A stretch of 42,191 nt of DNA. It comes from Myxococcales bacterium (GTDB taxonomy: Bacteria > Myxococcota_A > Polyangia > Polyangiales > Polyangiaceae). Shown here piece by piece: positions 1-9,013 of the stretch. How positions within the stretch are numbered: the first letter of the stretch is position 1; every line of letters begins with the position of its first letter. The stretch is from contig JAYWGI010000096.1 in assembly GCA_043779025.1 (NCBI GenBank), positions 1-42,191 of the forward strand. Reading direction: 5' to 3'. Position numbers and translations under genes: made by a program. The notes under the pieces are model-generated. The model was not told the DNA's origin. It did not search any database and saw only the letters and a list, made by a program, of their open reading frames with translations.

Positions 1-281
1 CGCTCCCCCGGATCGCTCACAATGGGCGTACCGGCATCACTCACATACGCCAGTGTTTTGCCGAGCAAAAGCTCGTCGGCGAGCGCTTGGACTTCGGCGT
101 CCGTGGAGTGGTCATGCAGCGCGCGCACGGTCTTCCCGCCCAGCTCCAGATGCGAGAGCAGGTTGCGTGTGTGGCGCGTGTCTTCGGCTACGACGATGTC
201 CGCAAGTTTGAGCGTATCGACGGCGCGGAGTGTAATGTCCCCCAAATTTCCAATGGGTGTGGACACCACGTAAAGCGTCAT
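1..281 (-). CDS. rsmI: 16S rRNA (cytidine1402-2'-O)-methyltransferase RsmI, N-terminal ~93 codons; the 3' end runs off the window
   Basis: The minus-strand frame is open to the window edge. It is absent from the ORF track because no stop lies in the window. ATG is at 281..279. The translation MTLYVVSTPIGNLGDITLRAVDTLKLADIVVAEDTRHTRNLLSHLELGGKTVRALHDH...LAYVSDAGTPIVSDPGE matches the RsmI N-terminus as I recall it (..PTPIGNL..AEDTRH..SDAGTP..DPG). Confidence 0.85.
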   Translation of the reverse strand, partial: MTLYVVSTPIGNLGDITLRAVDTLKLADIVVAEDTRHTRNLLSHLELGGKTVRALHDHSTDAEVQALADELLLGKTLAYVSDAGTPIVSDPGE

Positions 282-1306
282 GTGAGATCCGTCGCGTCGC
301 CCAGCTCTGCTTTTAGGTAGTCGCGCAGGCGCCCGGTCACACGTTGCTCAATCTGGCGCACGCGTTCGCGGGAGACACTGTAGCGATCGCCCAACTCCTG
401 CAGCGTCATGGGTTCGTCAGCCACGAGGCGTTCATCAAAAATAGCAAGCTCCTTTTCGTGCCGCAGCAGCGTGAGCCTGAAGCTCGCAAGCTTGTCCTTG
501 AGCATGGTTTGCAGTTCCTCGCCCGCGGCCAGCACCTCGGGGCCATCGGCGCTGGAGGCCAGCAAATCACCACGTGAAATGGTGCGTCCTTCGCCGTCGT
601 TGAGCGGCGCGTCCAGCGATTTCTCACCGCTCGAGAGACGGATGTCCATCTCGGTCACGTCGGTCTCCGAGACGCCAAGCTCTTTGGCGACGACCTCGGC
701 CGTGGGGCGAATCCCCATGGCTTCGAGCTGCGCTTTGGTCTTTTGCAAGTTGAAGAACAGCCGGCGCTGGTTCTGCGTCGTGCCTACCTTCACGAGGCGC
801 CAGTTGTTCAAAATGAACCGCAGCATATAGGCACGGATCCACCACGCCGCGTAGGACGACAGCTTCACCCCGCGGTATGGGTCGTAGCGCTTCACCGCTT
901 GCATGAGGCCGATGTTGCCCTCCTGCACGAGGTCCATAATGTTCTTGTACGCGCGCCGGTACTCGTACGCGAGCTTGACCACCAAGCGCAGGTTCGAGGT
1001 CACCAGCTTGGCTGCCGCTGCGGGGTCTTGATGCTCCACATAGCGGACGGCCAGGTCGCGCGTTTCGTCAGCGGTGAGCAACCGGTGGCGCTGCACCTCA
1101 CGCATGTAGGCCGCGAACGGGTCCAGGCGCGCGAGCGAGGCCTCACCGGCCTTGCCGGTACTCCGAGTGCGCACCGGCTTGATTGGGAGTTCGAGGTCCT
1201 TTTCATCGATGTCGGCGAGCAGATCCGGCTCGGCATCGTCATCCACGATTTCGGTTTCGAGTTCTTCGCCCGCGGCGGTCTGAGACTTGGGATTTTCGTC
1301 GCTCAC
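278..1306 (-). CDS. rpoH: RpoH-like (sigma-32 family) RNA polymerase sigma factor, 342 aa
   Basis: This is the C-terminal 342 codons of track ORF 278..1852. Region 2 reads DLVQEGNIGLMQAVKRYDPYRGVKLSSYAAWWIRAYM. An RpoH-box-like QNQRRLFFNLQK is present. Region 4.2 reads TLQELGDRYSVSRERVRQIEQR. I chose GTG at 1306..1304, preceded by AAGAGG with 7-nt spacing (VSDENPKSQ...). The longer ATG-started ORF would run through the divergent gene at 1397. Confidence 0.85.
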   Translation of the reverse strand: MSDENPKSQTAAGEELETEIVDDDAEPDLLADIDEKDLELPIKPVRTRSTGKAGEASLARLDPFAAYMREVQRHRLLTADETRDLAVRYVEHQDPAAAAKLVTSNLRLVVKLAYEYRRAYKNIMDLVQEGNIGLMQAVKRYDPYRGVKLSSYAAWWIRAYMLRFILNNWRLVKVGTTQNQRRLFFNLQKTKAQLEAMGIRPTAEVVAKELGVSETDVTEMDIRLSSGEKSLDAPLNDGEGRTISRGDLLASSADGPEVLAAGEELQTMLKDKLASFRLTLLRHEKELAIFDERLVADEPMTLQELGDRYSVSRERVRQIEQRVTGRLRDYLKAELGDATDLT

Positions 1307-1396
1307 GTGTATACCTCTTAGGGGCAAAGACAGGGGTCGTGTAGCACGCCCAAGCCCACGTGGGCGAGCGCTCTCCTTGCCAGTATTTCGAAGCCC

Positions 1397-2542
1397 ATGA
1401 CATCCATCCCGCCTGCCGCTCCGCACGAAGCGCTCCACCAGCCAAGCTTCGCCTTGGACGAGGCGGACTTCGAGTGGTTGCGAGGTGCGGAAAGCTCGCG
1501 CGCAGACGCGGCGGCCTTCGTGCTTCGGGTTCAGGCGTGGCTGGATGCCGAGCTCGCGGCGGTGGGGCATCACGTCGACGGCCTCAGCACCGATTTGCAG
1601 TTCGATGTGCCCTCCGGCCGGGTGCGGGTGCGGCTTGGGTTGCAGGCGCGGGGTCCACGCAGTGGCGCCACCGTAGACTTGGAGATGGATGCCGTGGGTG
1701 TGCAGGCCTACTTGGTCATCCCCACGGCGCAGCGCGGTGGGGCGTACGTAGACGCAAAAAACTTTCATGCTGCACTCGCGGATGCTGCGGGCGCCGAGCG
1801 CCTCATGAAGTCGCTGGGCGATCTGCCCGATGTGTTCGTGATGGGCGCGCACGGTAAGCTGGTCACGGTGGGTCGCGACCCTGACCCCAAACGCGTGCAG
1901 CGCGCCATCGAAGATGCCGAGCTCCGCGACCTACCGTTTCTCTTGGGCTGCTCCTTTCCGCGCGCGACCGTGATGGCCTTGGGCGAGGATCTCGCCGACG
2001 CGCTCGACACGGTGCTGATGGCGCTCCTGCCTTTGCTGCATCAGATCGCTTGGTCGCCCGACAATGATTGGCTCCCCGCCCAACCGCGTTCCAGATCGCG
2101 AAGCGCCGTCGCGCGCGCACGTCGCCGCGGCCCCCCGCGAGACGCGGAGCGACGCCGATCCATTCTGGAATCGCTTGCGCTAGACGGCGAACCTCCTGCC
2201 GACATGGCGGGCACAAACGAATCTGATCGCGCGCCGCCGCGAGTCGCACTGGCCCTGCCTCGTCCAAAGTTGCATTCTACAACTTCTACGAGGGGCCTGC
2301 GAAGCTTGGTCTCGGCCGATCGCGTCGATGCTGGAATTCCTCTCGCTGTTGGAGCCAAGGTACGCGCTTCCACCGGCGCCTTCGAGGGTAAGGTGGGCAC
2401 GGTGCTCGAACTGGACGAGGCGCATGCACGCGTCGCGTTTGGGCCACTCACGGCGCGCTGCCGCAACGATGAACTGGGCGTGGTGGTTCCCCCGCGTACG
2501 CAGCCGCCGCTTGGCAGCTCGCACCGAAAGAAGAGCAAATGA
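1397..2542 (+). CDS. hypothetical protein with Arg/Pro-rich linker and C-terminal KOW-like segment
   Basis: The ORF is 381 aa with GC3-rich coding character and no catalytic motif that I recognise. The C-terminal GAKVRASTGAFEGKVGTVLELDE..ARVAFG resembles a KOW motif. Its stop overlaps the next start (ATGA at 2539-2542). The start codon lacks a clear RBS. Confidence 0.55.
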   Translation: MTSIPPAAPHEALHQPSFALDEADFEWLRGAESSRADAAAFVLRVQAWLDAELAAVGHHVDGLSTDLQFDVPSGRVRVRLGLQARGPRSGATVDLEMDAVGVQAYLVIPTAQRGGAYVDAKNFHAALADAAGAERLMKSLGDLPDVFVMGAHGKLVTVGRDPDPKRVQRAIEDAELRDLPFLLGCSFPRATVMALGEDLADALDTVLMALLPLLHQIAWSPDNDWLPAQPRSRSRSAVARARRRGPPRDAERRRSILESLALDGEPPADMAGTNESDRAPPRVALALPRPKLHSTTSTRGLRSLVSADRVDAGIPLAVGAKVRASTGAFEGKVGTVLELDEAHARVAFGPLTARCRNDELGVVVPPRTQPPLGSSHRKKSK

Positions 2543-4329
2543 GCGTAGAACCTCCCATTGTGGCTTCCGTCTCCGCAGCGGTGGCCGAGCCCATCACGCT
2601 CAAGGGCGCGTTCATGCGGCACTTGCCGAAAACATTGGCGGGGTGGGCTTGCTTGGCACTGTTTCAGTACGCGATGAACCGCATAGACTGGAACACCAAG
2701 ACGGCCGTAGACGGAATGGAGTTGAGCGCCGCCGACGTCGTCACCCACGCAGTAATCACGCTGCTGGTGTACGCCGGGGTTGCGTTTACAACCCGCGTGG
2801 CATCCCGTTGGTTCTTGTTCAACGTTGGGCGCGATGTAGAGTTCGAGATGCGCGAGTCCTTGCTCGCGCGCTTGCATGAGCTTGGGTCCTCGTTCTATCG
2901 CCGTATGCCTCCGGGCGAGGTAATGAGCCGCGCGACGAACGACCTGGCTCAGGTGCGACTGCTCTTTGGATTCGGCCTGCTCAACTTAGCCAACGTCGTG
3001 TTTGCGCTGGCGAGCGCGCTGCAGGTGTTGCTGGCGGTTTCCGTGCGTCTTACATGCATTTCTCTGCTCAGCGTGCCGGTTGTCTTGTTCTCAGCGCGGT
3101 ACGCGTCGCGCGCGCTGTTCAAGCTCAACCGGGAGAACCAAGAGACGCTGGGGCAACTTTCGGATCGTGTTCAGACCAACCTCGCGGGAGTTCGTGTGGT
3201 TCGCTCCTTTGCGCTCGAGCATCACGAGCTCGCGCGCTTCGATATTGTAAATGCAAACTACATCAAAGCGTCACTGGCACTGGCCCGGCTACGCGGCATG
3301 TTGGGCCCGATTACCGGAGCGGCGGGCGCCTTCGGTGTGCTTGCACTATTTGCCTATGGCGGCCGCATGTTGCTCGTGGGGGAGATCACCAAGGGGCAGT
3401 TCTTCGCCTTCTCGATGGCCTACTCGCGCATGACGTGGCCTCTTATTGCGCTCGGCTTTTCGCTAGCCATTGTGCAGCGCGGTCGCGCCGGGTTTGCGCG
3501 CCTCAAAGACGTGTTCGACGCCGTCCCGGATGTGCCTACGTCTGGGCTTACGCTCAGCGCGGCCCAAGCGGGCGGCGGCCTCTCGGTGCGTGGCCTCTCG
3601 TTTGGGCATGAGGCGCGCGCGGTGCTGGCCAATGTTTCCTTCGATCTAGCGCCGGGCCGCAGCTTGGCCATCGTGGGCCGAACAGGCAGTGGCAAGTCCA
3701 CGCTGGGCCAGCTGCTGGTGCGCCTGCTTCCTACGCCCGCGGGCGCCGTGTTCGTAGGCGGCGTCGACGTTTGCGATGTGGCCCCCGCCAGCCTGCGGCG
3801 CCATGTGGCTTTTGCGCAGCAGGAGGCCTTTCTATTCTCCATGACCGCCGCGCGGAACATCGGGTTCTCGAGCGACAATGTGCAGAGCGCACGTATCGAA
3901 GAGGTCACGCGAGACGCGCAGGTGTGGGACGAAATCGCGGCGTTGCCGGAGGGCCTCGAGACCACCGTGGGCGAGCGTGGTGTGCAGCTCTCGGGTGGAC
4001 AGCGGCAGCGTGTTGCCTTGGCGCGCGCGCTACTTCGGGAATCGGAAATCCTCGTCCTCGATGACCCCATGAGCGCCGTAGACACGGCAACAGAGGCGCG
4101 CATTTTGCAGGCACTTCGAAGCAAGGCCTCGGGCTGCACGCTCGTACTCATCACGCACCGCGTGGCGGCTGCAAAGCTGTGTGACGATGTGATCGTTCTC
4201 GACCAGGGCCGCATCACGCAACACGGTACGCACGACTCGTTGGCGAAGGAGCCCGGACTCTACGCCGAGTTTGTGCGCGAGCAACAGTCGCCGGGAACTG
4301 CGGCAACCAAAGCTGTGGAGGCACACTGA
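2539..4329 (+). CDS. ABC exporter, fused permease/ATPase subunit (degenerate-site half: Walker B followed by Asp)
   Basis: 596 aa with an N-terminal 6-TM-type region. Walker A is GRTGSGKST, the Q-loop is FAQQEAF, and the signature LSGGQRQRVALARA is canonical. Walker B is ILVLDDPMSAVD, with Asp in place of the catalytic Glu (codons at 4060-4065). The H-loop is LITHR. Confidence 0.9.
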   Translation: MSVEPPIVASVSAAVAEPITLKGAFMRHLPKTLAGWACLALFQYAMNRIDWNTKTAVDGMELSAADVVTHAVITLLVYAGVAFTTRVASRWFLFNVGRDVEFEMRESLLARLHELGSSFYRRMPPGEVMSRATNDLAQVRLLFGFGLLNLANVVFALASALQVLLAVSVRLTCISLLSVPVVLFSARYASRALFKLNRENQETLGQLSDRVQTNLAGVRVVRSFALEHHELARFDIVNANYIKASLALARLRGMLGPITGAAGAFGVLALFAYGGRMLLVGEITKGQFFAFSMAYSRMTWPLIALGFSLAIVQRGRAGFARLKDVFDAVPDVPTSGLTLSAAQAGGGLSVRGLSFGHEARAVLANVSFDLAPGRSLAIVGRTGSGKSTLGQLLVRLLPTPAGAVFVGGVDVCDVAPASLRRHVAFAQQEAFLFSMTAARNIGFSSDNVQSARIEEVTRDAQVWDEIAALPEGLETTVGERGVQLSGGQRQRVALARALLRESEILVLDDPMSAVDTATEARILQALRSKASGCTLVLITHRVAAAKLCDDVIVLDQGRITQHGTHDSLAKEPGLYAEFVREQQSPGTAATKAVEAH

Positions 4330-6158
4330 TGGCACACCCCAATATGGCCGCAACCGGCCCGGCCAAAACGAGCAACGCGCTCGACTGGAAGCTCTGGCTA
4401 CAGGTGTGGCCCTACGTCAAACCTCACGCACGCTACCTGGGCTTGGCGATGGTCATGATGGCCATGCTTGCCACTTTGGGCGTGTGCAGACCGCTACTCA
4501 TGGGCGAGGTGGTGCGCGCCGCCGGCAACAAAGATGGCGACACATTGATGCGCAATGGCGTGCTTCTCGCCGTCGCGGTCGTCGTGATTCAGCTCCTTAC
4601 ATTCGTGCAGAGCTACGTGCTCCAAATGGCGGGCGCACGCGCCATGGGCGACTTACGCCGCGACTTGTTCAACAAGTGTCAGCGCCTGTCGCTTCGCTAC
4701 TTGGACAAGACCCCGGTGGGCAAGTTGGTCTCGCGGGTCACAAACGATGTCGATTCGGTGGGCGAGCTTTTTGCCTCGGGCGTGCTGATCTCGCTCGGGG
4801 ACATGGCGCTGCTCGGCGGCATCATTGCCAAGATGCTTCAGTTGGACGCCAAGCTCTCCGTCATTGCGTTTGCGTCCGTGCCGATTGTGCTGCTCATTGT
4901 GCGCTCGGTGCGTGATAAGAGCCGCGAGGCCTACCGCGACATTCGCGAGCGCACGTCGCGGCTTAATGCCTTTCTGAGCGAGCAAGTGAGCGGCATTGCC
5001 GTAGTGCAAGCGTACTCGCGCGAGGCCGCGATGGCGGCCGAGTTCAAGGTCATCAACGACGAGTACCGCGACGCCAACAAGCGTGCGGTGTTCTACGAGG
5101 CGGTGCTCGATGCGTCGGTGGAGATGATCACGACGCTGTGTGTGGCGAGCATTTTGTGGTGGGTGGGCGCCAAGGCCGGCGTGCACGTCGGCTTTCCAGT
5201 GGTGGTCGTCTTTACGCAGTACGTGCGGCAGTTCTTCGAGCCCATTTCCCTGCTCTCGCAGCGCTACACCGTGCTGCAGAGCGCCATGTCGGGCATTGAA
5301 CGCATTGTGGAGTTTGAGCAATCCGTGGAGTACGAGCCGCGCGGCCAAGCCACGGAGGGCCCCGAGTCCTCGGACGCGCGCCCCGTTGTGTTAGAACTCA
5401 AAAACGTGCATTTTGCATACAAGCCCGAAGCGCCTGTGCTGCGCGGCGTGAGCCTCGCGATTCGCAAGGGCGAGCGTGTTGCGCTTGTTGGAGCGACGGG
5501 CGCCGGCAAGACCACCGTGGCCTCTTTGCTGCTGGGCTTATACGACGTGACCGACGGTGAGGTTTGCTGTTTTGGTCGTCCGCTTGGGCAATGGGACAGG
5601 CAAGCCCTACGCAGGCGCTTTGCCGTGGTTCCGCAAGATGTCGTTCTCTTCGCGGGCACGATGCTTGGTAACGTGGGCGTGGGCGCGAGCACGCCCGATG
5701 CCGAACGTGCCGCTTGGTGCATGCGTCAAGTGGGCGCCGACGACCTTTTGGCCTCGCGGGGCCTCGACGCGGTCGTCGAAGAGCGGGGCATGAATTTCAG
5801 CGCAGGCGAAAAGCAACTGATCGCTTTTGCGCGTGCACTCTACATGGATGCGCCTGTGTTGGTGCTTGATGAAGCCACCGCCAACATCGACTCCAACACG
5901 GAAGCGAAGCTGCAGGTGGGGGTCGAGCGCCTGCTCGAAGGTCGCACCGCGCTGGTCATCGCGCATCGCCTCTCGACCATCCGCGCGCTAGACCGCATTG
6001 TGGTTTTCAAGGCGGGGGAGATCGTCGAGGACGGAAGCCACGACGAGCTCCTCGCGCAGGGGGGCGTGTACGCAAGCTTGTACGCCGCGCGCGAAGGCGA
6101 CGATGGATCGGAGCCTCTTGCGCAAGTAGGCTTGGACGCTCTGATGGTGGCGCACTAA
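4329..6158 (+). CDS. ABC exporter, fused permease/ATPase subunit (consensus-site half with non-canonical signature)
   Basis: 609 aa. Walker A is GATGAGKTT. The signature FSAGEKQLIAFARA (5796-5810 encodes FSAGE) is non-canonical. Walker B VLVLDEATANID has the catalytic Glu. The H-loop is VIAHR. The start overlaps the upstream stop (TGATG). Confidence 0.9.
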   Translation: MAHPNMAATGPAKTSNALDWKLWLQVWPYVKPHARYLGLAMVMMAMLATLGVCRPLLMGEVVRAAGNKDGDTLMRNGVLLAVAVVVIQLLTFVQSYVLQMAGARAMGDLRRDLFNKCQRLSLRYLDKTPVGKLVSRVTNDVDSVGELFASGVLISLGDMALLGGIIAKMLQLDAKLSVIAFASVPIVLLIVRSVRDKSREAYRDIRERTSRLNAFLSEQVSGIAVVQAYSREAAMAAEFKVINDEYRDANKRAVFYEAVLDASVEMITTLCVASILWWVGAKAGVHVGFPVVVVFTQYVRQFFEPISLLSQRYTVLQSAMSGIERIVEFEQSVEYEPRGQATEGPESSDARPVVLELKNVHFAYKPEAPVLRGVSLAIRKGERVALVGATGAGKTTVASLLLGLYDVTDGEVCCFGRPLGQWDRQALRRRFAVVPQDVVLFAGTMLGNVGVGASTPDAERAAWCMRQVGADDLLASRGLDAVVEERGMNFSAGEKQLIAFARALYMDAPVLVLDEATANIDSNTEAKLQVGVERLLEGRTALVIAHRLSTIRALDRIVVFKAGEIVEDGSHDELLAQGGVYASLYAAREGDDGSEPLAQVGLDALMVAH

Positions 6159-6172
6159 GGCTCCGACTCTCG

Positions 6173-7396
6173 ATGTCCGACGAAGCCCCAAGTTCGGTTC
6201 GCGTGCTGCGTCCACGCCGGAGCGCCCCGGAGGATATCGTGCGTCCCACACGCGCAGAGATCTCTCTGGACGCGCTTCGTCACAATTTGCGTTCTGTCTG
6301 CACGCATCTCGCGCAGCTCAGTGGTTTACCACCCAAAGTGTGGCCCGTGCTCAAAGCCGATGCCTATGGCCATGGAGCCCCTGCGGTTGCCCGCACCTTG
6401 GAGCGCGCCGGTGCCGACGGCTTCTGTGTTGCCCTCGCCGAGGAGGGCATCGAGTTGCGTGAGGCGGGGATTCGGGCCCCCATTCTGGTGATGGGCGGCT
6501 ACTACGGCCACGCGTACGCCGACCTTGCGCACTACCGCCTTACGCCGGTGGTGTACGGCGAGAACCACGAGGAGGCGCTCCGATTGCTGTCGCTCGGGGA
6601 GGCCGAAGGGGAGGGGGGCGCGCGTCTCGGCGTGCATCTCAAAGTGGACACCGGAATGGGTCGTTTGGGCGTATTGCCTGCGCAAGCACGCGGTCATTTT
6701 GAGCGTCTCAATGCGTTGCCCAATGTGTACGTCTCAGGGCTGATGACGCACTTTGCCGAGGCCGACACTCCAGACCTGACGAGTATGCGCGCGCAGCTGA
6801 AAGCCTTCGAAGCGACGCTCCTCGATCTGCGAGCGCGTAGCGCGGCGCCTGTGGTGGTGCATGCCGCTAACAGTGCGGCCACATGGAGAGGCTTGGGCTT
6901 GTACGATGCGGTGCGGCCTGGACTTGCGATGTACGGCGCGCCGTCGGCGGTCGGGGAGCTCTTGCTGGGTGACGCAGCGCTCCGGCCAGCGCTGCGATTG
7001 CGCACGGAGATCGTAGACTTGCGCCAAGTCCAGGCGGGCGGGGCTGTGGGCTATGGCGGCGCGGGGCGCGTGACTCGGACATCCCGTGTGGCCACCGTGC
7101 CCATCGGATATGCCGACGGCTATGTGCGCGCGCACAGCCGCGCAGGCCGCATGCTGGTGCGCGGCACCTTTGCCCCAGTGCTGGGCGTGGTGTCGATGGA
7201 CATGTGCATGCTCGATGTCACCGATGTGCCCGGCGTAAGCATGGCCGACGAGGTGGTTGTGCTTGGGACCCAGAGCGGACCTCTAGGCCAGAATTCCATT
7301 TTTATGAGTGAATTTGCTCAGAGCGCAGGCCAGATCCCGTGGGAAGTCATGACGACACTGTCCCGTCGTGTGCCACGTTTTTACCGAGAAGAATAA
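6173..7396 (+). CDS. alr: alanine racemase
   Basis: The PLP-lysine motif VLKADAYGHGA is present, and the protein shows full-length Alr-like features (ISLDALRHNL.., ..GYADGY.., ..SMDM..). An alternative start is GTG 6239, preceded by GGAGGA, giving VRPTRAEISLDALRHN, which aligns better with typical Alr N-termini. Confidence 0.9.
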   Translation: MSDEAPSSVRVLRPRRSAPEDIVRPTRAEISLDALRHNLRSVCTHLAQLSGLPPKVWPVLKADAYGHGAPAVARTLERAGADGFCVALAEEGIELREAGIRAPILVMGGYYGHAYADLAHYRLTPVVYGENHEEALRLLSLGEAEGEGGARLGVHLKVDTGMGRLGVLPAQARGHFERLNALPNVYVSGLMTHFAEADTPDLTSMRAQLKAFEATLLDLRARSAAPVVVHAANSAATWRGLGLYDAVRPGLAMYGAPSAVGELLLGDAALRPALRLRTEIVDLRQVQAGGAVGYGGAGRVTRTSRVATVPIGYADGYVRAHSRAGRMLVRGTFAPVLGVVSMDMCMLDVTDVPGVSMADEVVVLGTQSGPLGQNSIFMSEFAQSAGQIPWEVMTTLSRRVPRFYREE

Positions 7397-7398
7397 TC

Positions 7399-8316
7399 AT
7401 GAGTTCTGCACCCATTCTGTTTTTCACGCCTGCTTACGAGCCTATGCGGGCCGCACTTGTGGCTCGTACGGGCGGCGAAACGGGCGCGCTCGAGATCAAT
7501 TACTTCCCGGACGGAGAGCGCTACGCACGTGTGCATACTGCAGTGATCGCACGCGACGTTTGGCTGGTCGGAGGAACGGTTTCCGACATGGACACGCTGC
7601 TCATCTACGACCTGGCCAGCACGCTCGTGAAAGCGGGCGTCCGCTCGCTCACCTTGGTTGTGCCCTACTTTGGCTACTCCACCATGGAGCGCGCGCTACG
7701 GCCTGGCGAGGTCGTGACAGCCAAGACTCGAGCGCGCCTGCTGTCCAGCATTCCGGCTGGCGATATCCCCAATCGCGTGGTGTTGCTCGACACCCACACC
7801 GAGGGACTACAGCACTACTTCGAGGGGAGCGTGGTGCCTGTGCATGCGACGGCGAGTGAGACCATCGTTGGGCTTGTGGATTCGTTCGTTCCAGAGCGCG
7901 CCGAGCTCGTGCTCGCTTGTACCGACGCTGGGCGCGCCAAGTGGGTCGAGGCGCTGGCCAACCGGATGGGCGTAGGCGCGTCCTTCGTGTTCAAGAAACG
8001 CCTAGACGGCGAACGCACAGAGGTCAGGGCGGTCGACGCCCAGGTGCGCGGCAAAGACGTGGTCGTCTACGATGACATGATTCGCACTGGCAGTTCACTC
8101 ATCGGAGCTGCCGAGGCCTACAAAGCCGCGGGCGCACGCGCCATCTGGGCGCTCACCACGCACGGCGTCTTACCTGCCGAGTCACTAGCGAAGATCCAGC
8201 GCTCAGGTCTGTTTCGCGGCGTCGGCGCAACCGACAGTCATCCGCGCGCGGTGCAGCTCGCCGGCGACTTCTTGCGGGTGGTGTCGTGCGCCGATGCCCT
8301 ATGCGGAGCGCTCTAA
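7399..8316 (+). CDS. ribose-phosphate diphosphokinase (Prs)-like phosphoribosyltransferase-fold protein, divergent
   Basis: I used the ATG at 7399, 2 nt after the alr stop (MSSAPILFFTP...), not the track start at 7339. YFPDGERYARV resembles the Prs FSDGE motif, and VVPYFGYSTMER resembles PYFGYARQDR. The PRPP loop is VVVYDDMIRTGSS. Confidence 0.75.
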   Translation: MSSAPILFFTPAYEPMRAALVARTGGETGALEINYFPDGERYARVHTAVIARDVWLVGGTVSDMDTLLIYDLASTLVKAGVRSLTLVVPYFGYSTMERALRPGEVVTAKTRARLLSSIPAGDIPNRVVLLDTHTEGLQHYFEGSVVPVHATASETIVGLVDSFVPERAELVLACTDAGRAKWVEALANRMGVGASFVFKKRLDGERTEVRAVDAQVRGKDVVVYDDMIRTGSSLIGAAEAYKAAGARAIWALTTHGVLPAESLAKIQRSGLFRGVGATDSHPRAVQLAGDFLRVVSCADALCGAL

Positions 8317-8339
8317 AGCGCTCCGCGCGAAGTCCACTG

Positions 8340-8891
8340 CTAAGGCTGCGGCAAAAGCGAATGCTGCACCAAGGGCGATTCCACCGTAGAGCCTGCAAAC
8401 GTGACGTACAGCAGCCCATCGGTGCGCACCACTTCGATGGCCATTTTGCGATCCAGCTTGGCCTCCAGTGCGTCGAGCAGCGCGGGCTCCACGCGCCAGG
8501 TCTCCACACTCTCGAGCTTGTGCACGGCACGCGACGCCATTTCTTTGCGCAGCAGCGCCAGGTCCGCAAAAGTGTAGAGCGCAACTTTGCGCGCAGCCTT
8601 GGTGGCTTTGTGAATGCGATCGGCCGACGGAGAGCCTACATCGACCCAAGCCAGCAAAATCCCTGTTGGATCTGTCACTGAAACGGGGGGCAGATCGGTG
8701 TCCGAGAGGCCGCCTTTGCTAAATGAGATGCCTTCTTCGTAGCTGAGCGCGTAGGCCAAGAGGCGCGTGAACATGTAGCGAACCGACTCCGATGGGTGCC
8801 TTGCCACACGCAAGTCTAGGGTCTCATAAACGCCGCGGTCCACGTCCGACAGCGTGAGACTCATCTGATGCATCGTTGCGGTGAGGGCCAT
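8340..8891 (-). CDS. yaeQ: YaeQ family protein
   Basis: 183 aa. The N-terminus MALTATMHQMSLTLSDVDRGVYETLDLRVARHPSES aligns with E. coli YaeQ as I recall it (MALKATIYKATVNVADLDR...LARHPSET). Confidence 0.8.
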   Translation of the reverse strand: MALTATMHQMSLTLSDVDRGVYETLDLRVARHPSESVRYMFTRLLAYALSYEEGISFSKGGLSDTDLPPVSVTDPTGILLAWVDVGSPSADRIHKATKAARKVALYTFADLALLRKEMASRAVHKLESVETWRVEPALLDALEAKLDRKMAIEVVRTDGLLYVTFAGSTVESPLVQHSLLPQP

Positions 8892-9013
8892 GGCCAGTGC
8901 ATAGCCTAAGCGCCCACCCTGCGGCGCGAGATGTAGGTCAGCATGCTACCGAAATATAGCCGTGCACGAACGAAGGTTGCCCGGTCTTCCGGCGCGCCCG
9001 TACGCTACCGCTG

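Noticed and set aside
22-320. Plus-strand ORFs 22..273 and 87..320
   Set aside because: They are antisense to the clearly recognisable rsmI N-terminus and to the end of the sigma gene. They are low-complexity Ser/Ala/Arg-rich translations typical of GC-rich antisense frames.
1366-1382. Weak sigma-54-like element on the minus strand upstream of the RpoH-like gene (TGGCAA-N5-GCGCT)
   Set aside because: Only the GG and GC dinucleotides at the right spacing are present. The -12 block lacks TTGC and the -24 block has A for C. Matches of this quality are expected by chance in GC-rich DNA.
1307-1852. N-terminal 182-codon extension of track ORF 278..1852 (a 524-aa 'sigma factor' starting MRAHHEH...)
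   Set aside because: The extension is Arg/Gly/Pro-rich with no sigma-factor similarity. It overlaps the convergently coded gene starting at 1397 on the other strand. A GTG with a good AAGAGG RBS at 1306 begins exactly where the acidic sigma N-terminus starts.
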